Assembly: GCF_009834535.1 (NCBI RefSeq)
Contig: NC_045701.1
Span: 73,470,001-73,534,000, forward strand
Reading direction: 5' to 3'
Origin: Camelus ferus
Lineage: Eukaryota
Length of the DNA stretch: 64,000 nucleotides
Positions 36,901 to 49,300 of this stretch are shown piece after piece. The position numbers and the translations under genes were made by a program. Numbering within the stretch: the first letter of the stretch is position 1; each line of letters opens with the position of its first letter. The notes under the pieces are model-generated. The model was given only the letters and a program-made list of their open reading frames with translations. It did not search any database and was not told the DNA's origin.

Positions 36901-39463
36901 CTTTTATACCGGGATTTTAGTATATAATCTCCTTTATTCCTCAGCCACTAGCCAAAGCTCAGCATATTATAAATGAGCAATTTTTGCTGAGTTAATGAAT
37001 AATAACAAATAAATAAAGGTTACAGTGCAACCAATGGGTAGATATTTGTTCTTGGAAGTAAGGAGGATTTTCACACTTGTCATTTTAAAATTCAGTCCTT
37101 ATGGGACTTTCTTTCCCTTCATTTCTTCCTTTGAATGTTTTATTCAAAGTGCTATTTATTTCTATTACTTGATTTTTAAAACTCACTTGAATATATTTTT
37201 ATAAATGAGTTAGTAACAAGTAGCACTAATATACTGGGCACGTACTGTGTGTGAAGCTGTGTATTAGAACTTGTCTTTCCACTGGTCCCAAGGGAACTGG
37301 ATCAGGTCAGAACACTGCATGGATTGTAACTAGGATTATGAATCAGCTGGAGCATATGTAGCTTCAAATAGGATAATTAGATATAATAAGCACAAAACCA
37401 CATTTCCCCCTATTTCCATATTAAAGCATGTTGGTTGATTCACTATTTGAATTTCAGTGTCCATCAGCTGTGTTTATATACGTTCTTACAAGTGCATGTT
37501 GAGTAACTACCATGTCTTGGCCTTGGATGAGAACTTAAAAAAGGTAGGGCTGGTCTCTGGCCACATGGAATTCGCAGCCAGCATGACCTCTAAATCAGTG
37601 GGAAATGGAAAGGTTACTGAGACCATGGTGACCCACCTCAAATCCAACTGGGGTCACTTGAATTCCCACAGATGTTACAGCAGGTCCCAGTCAATGTAAA
37701 TTCACTGAATAATCAAATAGCCCAGTATACCAGTGTCCCTCCCCCAGCAGCATGACACGAGGCCCACAGGGATTTACTTTTCTCATCTCTGTAGCTCCTC
37801 GGAATTTCCCTGCTGCCACACACACCCACCCTCATTCTTACCCAGCCTGAGAATCAGGTCACAGAAGCACCTCTGGTTTCTCTATCAGGTTACTTTCCCT
37901 CAACCTCCACTCCTCCTCCTGCAGAAGCAGCCCTGGTCACTGTTCCTGGTCCTCCCTGCCACTCACATATTCATCTTCCTTCCAGAATGCAGTTTAGTGT
38001 AAGAATGAAGGCTTGACACTCAGATAAACCTGGCTTTGGATGTGCTTACTAGCTGTTTGCCTTTGGCCAGGATAATTTAACATCTGTTTCTTATTTTCAT
38101 CATCTATAAAATGGGATTGCAGTGCTTACTTCACAGTATTGTGAGAATTAAATATTAAGCCCAAATACAGTATACAGCAGTAATCTCATGCCCCATAATC
38201 TGTACAGATCTGCAGCCCTTCACCCTTACACCCCTGTACCGTCTCTGGGAGTATCTCGTTACCCTCTGAAATGGACAAGGACCCTATTTTAGAGCTTTGC
38301 ATTCTAAAAGACCCACTGTTAGCAAAAAGGGTGTGGAAGGGAAGCATCGTTTAGAGTCTTAGGAAATCTGAAAGAGCTTCCTTTTGGGTCAGAGAGTAGA
38401 GAGAACTAGAAGGTCATCTTCGAGCTACCCAGGAGCAATGTTGTGTTGGAAGTGAAGTGTCATCTGAGTAGACAGGGCAATGGGGAGCCCATAGAGTGTG
38501 TACAACTCTGGAGCCAGTGCATGGGTTTGTCCAAGAGAGTCACCCCAGTAGGACATGGGCCACAAAGCTCCTTCCTTCAAATGTGGAATCACCGTATATC
38601 CTGCAGGGCTCTCCCGAGTCCCTCCCAACTCCTCTCCTTAGAACACCCTCTCCTCCTCTCTCACTGGCTAGCTTGTCACCAGCCTCCAGCAGTCTTGTCA
38701 CTAATTCATCCCAGTCTTCCCTGTGACTTTCAGCAGCCCTGTCTCTGACTCTTAACTCTTCCAACTTTGCACTGAGCCTCTGTCCCCAGCCTTGGGAGCC
38801 ACAACGAGAGAATCACAGATGGAGAATCTCTGGTGCCCATATGCCAAATGTGAAAGGTTGGGCAGGAAAAAGGGATGCTAAGTTCACTGAATTATGCATT
38901 TGAAATGATTTCCAAAATCTTCCAAATATATCAGAATGGGGGAGCATTCCCAATAATGTATAAACAGAAACAAAAATGAATATCTTGAGGGATGTCTTTA
39001 AAATCACCTCTTTGCCAAACAGTCGTCCATAAGGGCATATACAGTATTATAAAAAATGTAACTAGCTCTAAATGATCTGTAAGCAGTATTATCTTACCAG
39101 CCACTGATGCTGATCTTGAGTGCTGATGTATTGGCTAATAAACATACTTGGCTTATGGGAAAGTCGAGGTGTATGGATAAGGCGCTGCTTTTGGAGTCAC
39201 AGAACTGGGAGTTTGAAGCTGGTTTCTGCCACTTTCAACCTAAATGACCTTATTCATATTGCTTAAACTCTCTGAGCCTCATTTTTTTTTTCCCTGTAAG
39301 ATAGGGTGAGGATTTCAAACCTCACAGAGTATTAGATAACTATACTTACGAGAGTTAAGTGGAGTGTAGAAAAGGGAGCACCTGCTCCCTACCAGGTAGC
39401 CAGTAAACAGCAGTTTTTTGTTTCCCTTCTTGTTTCTTCTTCAACCAATCACAGAGTAGAGGA

Positions 39464-39485
39464 GGGAGATGGGAGGGAGGGGGGG
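39464..39485 (+). other. G-quadruplex-forming motif
   Basis: GGG-AGAT-GGG-A-GGG-A-GGGGGGG. Confidence 0.55.
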
Positions 39486-39969
39486 AGAGAGAGAAAGGAG
39501 AAACTTTCATGCAAACCATCACTTTGCTTACAGATGTAATATTCCAGCTTGATTTAATGATGCGGTGGAGTTGTTTTAAGGATGTCTCCCCATCAGTATG
39601 ATAGTTTAAATGTCAGTTTGCTATGGGCTTCTACTTCAGGCCTTGAATGTGGTTTTTATAACCATGTACATGGTAGGGAGAAAGACATTTAAACCATCAC
39701 TGTGGTCATAATGTTCCCTTAACATGTAGGTAGGCACTGGCCGCTGTTGAATGTTTACAGAGAATACCTTGATTCATCCTCACAAAACCCTGTGAAGTCG
39801 TTGCTAATCTTCTCTATTACACAGATGGAGAAATAGAGTGAGTTGAAGGCACAGGTGGGAAGCGCTTCGACGTGGCCGTATTTGAGTTAGGTTCTGAGAG
39901 TGCCTAGGGCTGAACTGATAAAATAACCAGGTACAAGTTGGTGGAGCTGGAGTATCATACGTGTTATGA

Positions 39970-40400
39970 GAAGTGAGGTCATAAAAATTGATGCTGGGGC
40001 CAGATCCCCAAGGACACTGTGTGCCTTCTTTGTACCTAGACATCTAGTGGCCTTTGGGGATTTTAGTTAGGAACTGACATGACGACATTTCTATTAAAGT
40101 ATAGTAATTCTGACCACAGTGTGAAAGACTGATAGATAGGGAGACAAAAAGCACAGCTCTAGCAAGTGAGAGTGGAGGGAGGCCACAACTGGTACAGTAA
40201 AGGTGGGAACTAATGCAGAGAATAGACCCGGGAAATACTTGGGAGAAAGAACAGCCTGGCTCGGCTATGGTTTGGATGCAGAAGGGGAGGGTGAAGGCAA
40301 TGTCCAGCAAGACTGCTAACTTAATGGCTTGTGAAACTGGATAGTGATGACCTTGAAAGGTCATTCCTCTTTACTGGAGGAAACAGTTGGGAAAATAAGA
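39970..40400 (-). mobile_element. L2 LINE relic
   Basis: ggggccagatccccaagg...gactgatagatagggagac...ggtttggatgcagaaggggagggtgaagg resembles the reverse L2 3' region. Confidence 0.55.
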
Positions 40401-41231
40401 GATGTCTAGGAGAGAACCTGGAAAAAAAAAAGTTAAAATAGGAAAACAGAGTTGAGGAGAGAAATAAAGGTTGGCAAAAGACAAAATGTGTGGAGTCCTG
40501 GAATCTGAATTCTTAACAAATGCTTCTTATCAAGTTTAAAGTATGAGATCCACTGGCCTAGATTACTTCCTAGCAGCGCTGACAAGTCTGCAAGAGAAAG
40601 TGACAGGACTGTTCCATGCACACAGATGGCATCCCCCTGGGCGAGGTGTGCTGCTTGTCACTCTCTGTGAATCACAGGCAGAGGAGTGCGTTTTATTAGA
40701 GTCGGGGAAAAAAGCAGATAATTTTCAAAATACATAGTTCTAAACCCTTTTATTTGTTCTGTGTTCTGGCAGCATTTTAAAGATAAAAATCTTAAGAGTT
40801 TTGTTTTTCCAGAACAGAGGTTTGCGTCTGAGCAGTTTGACAAATATTGAGGTTCCTCTTAATCTGTTTCTTTCCCCTGTCATTTTCTTTGTATGTTTCT
40901 CTCTTCTTCCCATTTTAATTTGCCTTCTCTTTCTTCTCTGTCATTGTCTTCTATCCACCCAGAAGTTAAAGACATTTCCGTTGTATGCATTGATTGAGTA
41001 GTTTTCTATTTTTTTCCCTTGGGGGCATGTGTAGAATATTTCATTGTGAGGATTCATCCTTGCAACTCTCAGCCATCCTTGACTCATCCCTTGGCTAACA
41101 GAGGCTGTATATTGTAGTCGTTAAGGGCAGAATGGAACCAGGCTGCCAGATTGAAATCCCAGCAATTGCTACTTATGTGGCCCTGGAAAATTGACTCAAC
41201 TTTTTTCTGCCTCAGTTTCCTCACATTAAAG

Positions 41232-41520
41232 TGTGGATGCTGGTCAGTCAGCCCTGCTCAGTTACACTGCAGTGACAAATGCCTCCCTGCATCATCTTGG
41301 TGACTTTCAAGAACAGAGCTTTGTTTTCCACTCACATCCATGTCCCTCCTGGTTCTGCAGCAGCTTTGCTTCACATCCTCTTCATTTCTGGGCTCTGGCT
41401 GAAGACACAGCCCTAATATGTCACATCTTGGGTTTGTGGCAAAGGGAAAAGAGAGCTTGTGATGTGATGTGATGTGATGGCTCTTAAACCTTCTAAATGG
41501 CCCAGGACACTTCTGTTCAC
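41232..41520. mobile_element. MLT1 (MaLR) LTR relic
   Basis: gtcag...gttacactgcagtgacaaa...aacagagctttgttttccactcacatccatgtcc...tctggctgaagacacagcccta. Confidence 0.6.
41458..41479. repeat. (TGTGA)4 pentanucleotide repeat
   Basis: tgtgatgtgatgtgatgtgatg. Confidence 0.85.
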
Positions 41521-42659
41521 ATTTCTTTGGTTATGAAGCAAGCCATATAAAATGCTTGATCTGTTTTTGTTAATCTCTGGTTTTAATTTTTTTTCTTCTA
41601 CGTGCTTGTCTTGCAGGTTTTATTTTGCTGGGTATCATAATGAGATGATATGTCTAGTGAGATGGAGAACTATAATTTCTCATGCTTCCAAAACTACATA
41701 CATATTATTTTAGGAGGGAGAAGGGTCATCATCTTAGTGCCCCAGGGCCAGAGTAGAAGGATTATCCTGCTAATCCCGCCTCTTGGATCCCCTAGTGGCA
41801 CAAACCAGATGTTAAGAGGATAGGAAGGTCCACCTAGGTGACAGGACCATTCTTTGTGGCAATTGCCTCTGTCCACAGTGGGTAATCAGCAAATGCCATC
41901 AGTCTCGTAAGCTGAGAGATCTTGTGATTATCATCCAAAGGAGATAGGCTGGAAATGCTGTCCCTTTCACATTCTTACCTTAGATTTAGTACTTTCTGTT
42001 CTCAGAAGGAGATGCTGCAAACATGGGGATAGAAATGGAAATACCATTTCACAGCACTCTGTGTTTTGGGATACTTTTTAAAACCCAGTGACCATATATT
42101 TATATTTTAAAGTCCCCTATCTGGGATTTGGTGATTATTAAAAACATAGAGCCAGAAGGCAGTTTGAGTATGGAGACCATATGTCTTAACTTTTATCTTC
42201 AATAACCTAAGTTAATCAAGAATGATGATCTCATCTTCTCAAAAGCCTTTCAGGGTCCTTATGAGTCATCATGGGTCCTCAGGGTAGAGAGCTCAATGAT
42301 TGTCCTCAGAGACTGTTGCCACTTTCTTACAGCCTCAAGAGTTTGGTCACTATTTGCTTACTTACAACCGTAGCCCCTTCGTCTGCCCTCAGTGCTGAGA
42401 GCAGTCGACTCCCCTGTCCTCTCTGGACTTCACAGAGTTCAGGCGGCTAGAAGTTAATGGGAAGAGCTCTACACGTGCGGTCAGGAAGCCTGGATCCTTG
42501 ATTTAATGTCACACTCTAATAGCTTCGTGACCTTGGGAAATTCACCCGAGCTCTCTGGATCTCATCATAGCCAGCTGGTATAACACACCTCACAGGGTGG
42601 CTGGTTGTCACGTTCAAGTAACTAGGGAGGAAATGATCGAGTGTGACATGTTTCATCGT

Positions 42660-43115
42660 AGTCTGCGGTCCCTTGAGAGCAGAGTCCTGAGACGAGGACT
42701 TGGGTCAGGTAGTTTATTTAGGAGGGACCCCAAAAGTGGGAATTAAGGGGCAGAGAGAATGAACCTGAAGGAAGAAACATCAATGTGAGTGTCCTGCTGT
42801 CAAGGTTTCTGCTGTGAGCTGTGTGGAAGTGGGGCAGTGGTGAAGTACCTCCAAGAATTGTCTGTCCCAGAGACAGGAGGCTGGGAAACTTATCCATCAG
42901 CTTCAGCCCTCCCACTGTTTGTCAGCCCCCCTCCCCCTACTTGGTTGTCTTGGGTGCAGGCAAGGACGTCCCTGCTGACTTTGGAGAAGGCCCAAGAGCT
43001 GGCCCTGCTTGGGGTGGGGACTGAGGCTGTGTGTGAGGCGGGGTGCAGCAGTGCCTGCTGTGGCTGAGATCTGAGGCTGGCTGAGGGGGCGGTACCAAAG
43101 TGCCTCCTGCTGGTG
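42660..43115 (-). mobile_element. LTR33/LTR16-like ERVL LTR relic
   Basis: gagcagagtcctgagacgaggacttgggtcaggtagtttatttaggagggacccc...gacaggaggctgggaaacttatccatcagct. Confidence 0.6.
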
Positions 43116-45119
43116 CACGAAAATATGTGGCATATTTACCCTTCACTTAGATTTCCAGTATAAACTTTTAACTTCTTTTGGCTTCATTAGTAGGTCCTAT
43201 GTGCTAAGACTAGACCCTGGTCTTAGAAATACATTTGAAAAAGCCAAGTGCAGTCAGGTCCTACTTTTCATTAACTCCCCAAATTAGATTTTCTGTTTCA
43301 TATTTAGCTGTGTTCTCTCATTTCCCCCATATCCTTTACCGGCCTTACCTCTGTCCTCCTCAGATTGCTAGACTGGGACACCCTGGCAGCGTATCCATGA
43401 TGGAATGGTGAGAACAACTGAGGCTCAGTGGAGCAGACAGACCGACTGGGGGCTGAGTCCCATCACTGTGACTTTGACCTTGTGGCGCTTTGCTCTGTCT
43501 CTTTATTTGTAAAGCTGGGTAAATTGTGTCAGCTTCATGTTGCAAACCTAAGTAAGATCACGTATACAGTGTAATTGGTTCCTCCTTCATCCTCATATCT
43601 GTTTCCCAGAAGGCTACATTTTCTTTTGATTGGGAAGAAATATATTTAAAAGGAAAACTAGTGTCTTTTGTTTATGTCTGCTGCCTGGTGTCTTTTAGCT
43701 TCAAATTTGTCTAATTCACTCAACTGCCAAAATGCAATGTGCTAGTCTCTTCTGCGCCCTTTCTTTTCTTCCTCTACCTTCAGTAAATCTACTTGTGTCT
43801 TTTACTTGTTCATCCAATTCTGTGCATTCACTTCTTAATTCAATTACATAGATTATTACTATACTGAATACCTTCCCAAATTGGTCCAATTCATTCTACT
43901 GCTAACATACAATTTGCATCTCTCTTCTTCTCCCCTTCCATTTCTTATCCAGCCCTCAACCTATCTACTAATTTGTTATTTAATTCATTCAGTTCTATTT
44001 ACTCACTAGTTTTTTTTCCTAGTATGCCATGCACCTTCTTGGTGTAAGGTCTTCTGCTTAGTTGTTGGGGATTACGAAGGTAGCATGCTCTTCCTCAAAG
44101 GACATAGAAGTGGAGGCACTGAATATAAAAAAAAAAAACAAAAACCCTGCAATACAAGGAACAGAGTGATGATTTACAAAATAAAAGTATCGATGAATTA
44201 CAAGAAGGATGTACACTTCCAGCTGGAAGGGCCAGAGTGGGCTGAGTGGGACTGGGTGAAGGTGGGGGAGCGATGAACGTCCACGAAAGGAGACTAAGGG
44301 AAGATGACTTATGCCTTCCTGAATTCCTGTTTCAAGCAAAATAATAATTATCAAGAGTAATTCACTAGACCTTTCAATTCATAATTGGACAGTTTAGAAT
44401 TACGCTTTTTAGGACAAAAGGGTCAGTTCACAAGGAAACAGACTTAAATTGGGTATTTATCAGGAGGAGGTTAGGGAAGTAGGTCCTAGTGCATATCCTG
44501 GTTAAAATCTCTTTAGCTCAATCTCTGTCAGCTTCAAAATCTGTGTCGTTAGTGCTAAGCAGTTAAGCTCACATAATCAGAAAGACTCTAAGGTGAGCGT
44601 GTTACATCATCAGAGGAGGCCTTTGTATTAATTATATCACAACAATGGTAGGAAAAGGACCAGTGTATTTTAGAAAGTTTAAAAAAAAAGCAGAATCAGT
44701 ATCTACAAAAGCATGTTTCTGCCTATCCCTGAGGAAATTGCTCTCATCTCTTGAAAAGTGGCTTCATGGAGAGAGATTATCACAAGAAATCCTGAAACTG
44801 TTCTCAGCTCTCCCCTCCTGAGCCATGCTGCAAATTTATGACTGATGGTCAAGACTTGGCAGTAAATTGTGGGCAAGATTTTTTTCTCATCTTTTGTGGA
44901 GTCATTTGTTCTTTTGGAGATATATCTGCTCTGGATTCATTCCATTTCAAAATTGAAATGCTCCATTCTCCCAGACGAGATGAGCGGGGTCATTTTACAC
45001 TGTGATCCCAGTTTAGAGATCTTATTGAATGGGCTGCCAGTATTTGCTTTGCAATGTTAGGGCCTCTGGTTGTGCAGGTCCTAAGGCATGGGCTAGAGTG
45101 CATAAAGAAACCATGCTGG

Positions 45120-45185
45120 AAAAAAAGAGAAAGGGAGGGAGGGAGAGGGAAGAGACAGAGAGACAGAGACAGAGAAAGAAAGACG
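45120..45185. repeat. GA-rich purine tract
   Basis: aaaaaagagaaagggagggagggagagggaagagacagagagacagagacagagaaagaaag. Confidence 0.85.
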
Positions 45186-45439
45186 ATAGGAATCCAGCAA
45201 CCTTGCGTCATTCGTAGGCAGAGGTGGCCTAAGGTACAAATTAACACTGTATTAAGAAAATCATGTGAGCTGTGAACTTGGATTCACACTTCTCAGCTGT
45301 AGCAAGCTGCCAGGAGATGGTGCCAAGTGAGACTGACGCTAGGTGGGAAAGATGCAAATAACAGAAGCAAGCTTCCCTGGCCAATGGGATCAATCATGTC
45401 TTACTTTTTTTGCTATTTCTCTCTTCTCAGTTGAGGGTG

Positions 45440-46345
45440 CCTCCATCACCCAGGCTCTTAGACAAGATCTGGGAGTCACTGCTGATTCCTCTGTTTCTCT
45501 CCCTCACTTCCATTTCGCCTCCCAAGCTAGTTTCCAAGTACTGTTGATCCCACCTCTAGAATGCATCCAGGTCTCACCATTTCCGTGTCTACTGCTACCT
45601 CCCTGGCCCAAGTCACTTTCATTTCCTGCCTCTGACAGCTTTCCTGGTACATCTCCTTGTTTCCGTTGTTTGTCTCTTCTGGGCCAGTGCGCCCACAGCA
45701 ATCACAGTGATTTTTAAGTAAATTGTATCCTGTAATCTCCTTGCTTAAAGCTTCCCAGTGGCTTCCAGGTGCATTTAGATCAGGTTCTGGGCCTCTTGGT
45801 ATCTGGCTTCTGTCTGCACAGCCACTTCTCTCCTGCCACCCTCTCCCCCTCGGGCACAAGCTCCAGACATAGTAGGCTTCTCTTTGTGTCCCTCAGCAGA
45901 CTCTTTCTGAGCTTCTGCTCTGACCGTTTCCATGACTTCGGATATTTGCCTGCTTGGCTCCTTCTCTAATGTACCTCCTCAGGGAAGCCTTTCCTAACTA
46001 TCTCACTTAAAAGCTCTCTATCCGACCAGGTACAGGCCAGAATAGAGAGGCCTTTCTGGAGCATTCTGCAAAGTCGCCAATCCTCTGTTCCCACTCCCCA
46101 TCCCGGTTACTTCCCATCATATCACCCTGTTTTATCTTCTTCATAGAACTCCACCCTGTCTGAACTGACCTCACGTCCTTTAGTTTATGTTTTATCCTTC
46201 ACCGTCCCCCACCCCAGAGTAGACTGTGAGCCCTGTAAAGGGGGAGGATGTTATCTGTCTTGTTTACCTCTTCTCTCTCCACACCTAGAATGGTGCCTGC
46301 GCCCAGGCCAGTGCTCCTTTAACCCTCGTTAAGTATGTGAATAGA
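45440..46345 (+). mobile_element. L2 LINE 3' fragment (about 900 bp)
   Basis: ctgggagtcactgctgattcctct...ccacctctagaatgcatccagg...gcttaaagcttcccagtggctt...cctcctcagggaagcctttcct...tagactgtgagccctgtaaaggg...cctagaatggtgcctg. Confidence 0.8.
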
Positions 46346-49300
46346 CTGTGTGGTATGTGGCCAGGGGTTAGTAAGAGGCTCTGTTACTAACAGAGGAAGC
46401 ACAGAGTAGAGGATGAGCCACAGGGAAAGGGATGAACAGCCCAGAGACGAACAGGTTGCATGTGGCAGGCCTGATGGCACATGGACTTATTCAAGCCCAG
46501 TCAATGTCAGTGGCGTCTTCAGTGGGCTTTAACTAGAAGCAGGTCTCCAGGAGGGAGCGTGGGCTCAAGTTCAAGGACTGGGGCACTTGTCTTTCTCCCA
46601 TGCTACCTTGGGAGACTTAATGCAAGGCTTCCAGACAGCCTCCTATGCTGTTCACATCTATTGTGGGAAGTATGACAGCTCTTCCTGAGCCCCGAGGGCT
46701 CCAGTGAGAGTGCAGTGATCTGTTTGAAATGCTTCACCCAACTGGCTCTAATAAGTAAATGATTTAAATTTTTCTCAAAGAAAAACAAAAATAAGAGTAT
46801 CAAAACAAAACACCCTCTCACTCTATGTTGGGTTGTCAGCCCAAAGAAAACAAGCAGAACCTTGAAATTTTGGGGGGACAAATAAGATGCTTCTTTCCTA
46901 TTTCCCTGTCACCTTCCTTATTTTATTACTTTGGTCCGTTTCCTCCTCACCCTTGCTTTTACTTCCCTCATCTCTTCTCTCTGGAGAGGAAGACTGATAA
47001 ACTAGATGGTGCAGTAGGCTCGTAAAATGTTTGTCACAGCTCAGCTAGCCTAACCTAAGGCGCTGGTGGAAATAAGGTAAGTTTTCTCTTTTTAAATATT
47101 TTCGATGTTCTTCAAAGCTAATACCGTCCATCATTTTCCATATTTATTTGCCATATCATCCAGATGTATAATCACATGCATTTCACTAGACCTTTCTAAA
47201 GGAGTGAATTTCATACTTTTTATGCATCATAGGAATTTTGATTCATGTGAAACATACTTCCAGGGAAATCAAGTGATCGTTTCTTTCCCCTTCTTGCACT
47301 AATAGAAAGATGTTTGGTGATTATGGTGCAGGAATTTGTCCCCACACTCCTTAGTCCCTGTCCTCCCACCCCAAGCGAAAAAAAAAAGTTTCTTAATGTT
47401 ATCCACCTGCTTTTGGAAACAGCACTTTGTGACACATGGAAGGAATTTCTACTCCCTGCATATGAGCAAAACCACCTGGTTTAGATGGTTTGGGAAGATC
47501 TTAGAAATATATTGATTGACAAATTATTGAAATATAAGATATTTGGCTATCGTATAGTTTTGTTGCTTATATTGCTCCTGGGGGGAATAAAAAGTTCATG
47601 TAATGTGAACAGTCTGTTAAAAAAGACAACCAAATAGATTCAAAATAATTAAAATCCAAAGTCCACCTTGTGAAGATGTGTGCCTTTGGTAATGCTCAAA
47701 TAGAGATTTTTCCCACACACTTCCATTCCCTACCTGCCAAAAGAGGGAACAGCCTGCTAATATCTGTGTCATCTGCCTTCAAGCAATCAGCAATGATTTC
47801 TCTCTCAACGGGTATTTTTCTCCTAATTTTTCATTTTGACTTTTGTGCTTAGTTCTGGCTTCCATGGGGTTACTGTAGGGATAGGTCAAGGGAGCAGTCT
47901 AGTCCGAGTCCTTCGTCCATGATTCTCATTCTCTGTCCCCCATTCGTCAGAGACTCTTCTGTGAGACAGGCCTTAACTAAAAGAGATGATGCTGCATGAG
48001 TTTGCAGTGAGGCTACAGTTGAGTGGGCATTTGTGTGGTGTTACCCAGAGGATTCATTAAAGACTCTCTATTGTATAGTAATCAATGAGTCAACACTCCG
48101 CTTACATAGACTTCTGCATCCCAGAAATCTTCACCTGCAATTTCTCTTCTTTACTCCAGTCATGGGTGTCATGACCTAGGAAATCCAACTATGGGGTGTC
48201 AGACAACTTACTTGTTTTCCGTATTTAGATCAAATGTTGATGATCTAAGCAGCCTATAGGGAATCAAAGGGTTGTTCTGTGATCAATATTTATTACTTAA
48301 ACTACAAAAGAAGGAAACATGCATCTGATACATGCATCCAGTAGGTGCCCACTTGCATATTGCACTTCTCCTCGCTGCTAAAAAAGAAAAAGGACAATGC
48401 TGGAAGATTGATAGCTTTGGTGTATTGTTTAAATTTCTCACCAGTTCCATTTTAAACTCCAACTTAAACAGAATTATTTTCTTCTTCTTATTGGGACCAT
48501 CCTTTACTTTAAGCAAAGAAATCTTTGCGTTCGTTGTTTTACCATGCTGCTTTGCTGGCTTTGTGCTTGAATCTGCCAGAGAAATTGTTCTAGGCTACAT
48601 ACCCTTATTTCTAAAAGCTGTCAGTTTGTTTGTTTCAACATTCAACTAGTCTGCATCGTGCATCACTTATCAGTCCATTTTTATGCTTAGGCTACAAATT
48701 AAATTTGCTCTTCCCCTCTATTTGAGTGCATTTCCATCCTGAATTTAAACATCACTTTTCTTCTAGTGGGACACATTGACCTTTTGGCTTGATTGAAGAG
48801 AAATGCCATGGATTCTCCACTTTTGGAGGCTGAGAGTTTTTCAAAAGCTCACTGAAATTTCTCTGTCTTTTGCTTGAAAATAGATACCAAATAGTACTCA
48901 TTTCCCTGCCGTTTTAAGGAAATGAGTGTGAATCTTTCTACTCTTAGAGTAATGAGAATTATTGGGGTTGGAGTTATAGAACATAACCCAGCAGGAGGGC
49001 ATGAGAGGTTTCAGGTCCCCCCACCCCCCCATTTTTGGTCATAGGCCATCACATCCCAAAGTTTTAGAGTCAAGATTTGAATTTGACCATAGTGGACATT
49101 TCAAGGACTCCAGAAATACCTGCAGCATACCAGCAGCATTTAAGACATTCTGGGCTGAGGCAAAGCTCAGTTAACATCTCTGTGGCTAATATGGCACTCG
49201 TGTAGCAAAGTCCTAAAACTGACTTTGTGTTAGTGTTTCTCCCTCTTCTCTTGTCCCCAGTCCTAGACATTAAGTGATGTGCAAAAATTTTCTAAAAAAC

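Noticed and set aside
44517-44598. Pseudoexon with donor AAG|GTGAGC
   Set aside because: Short, weak pyrimidine tracts; typical background pseudoexon for a long intron.
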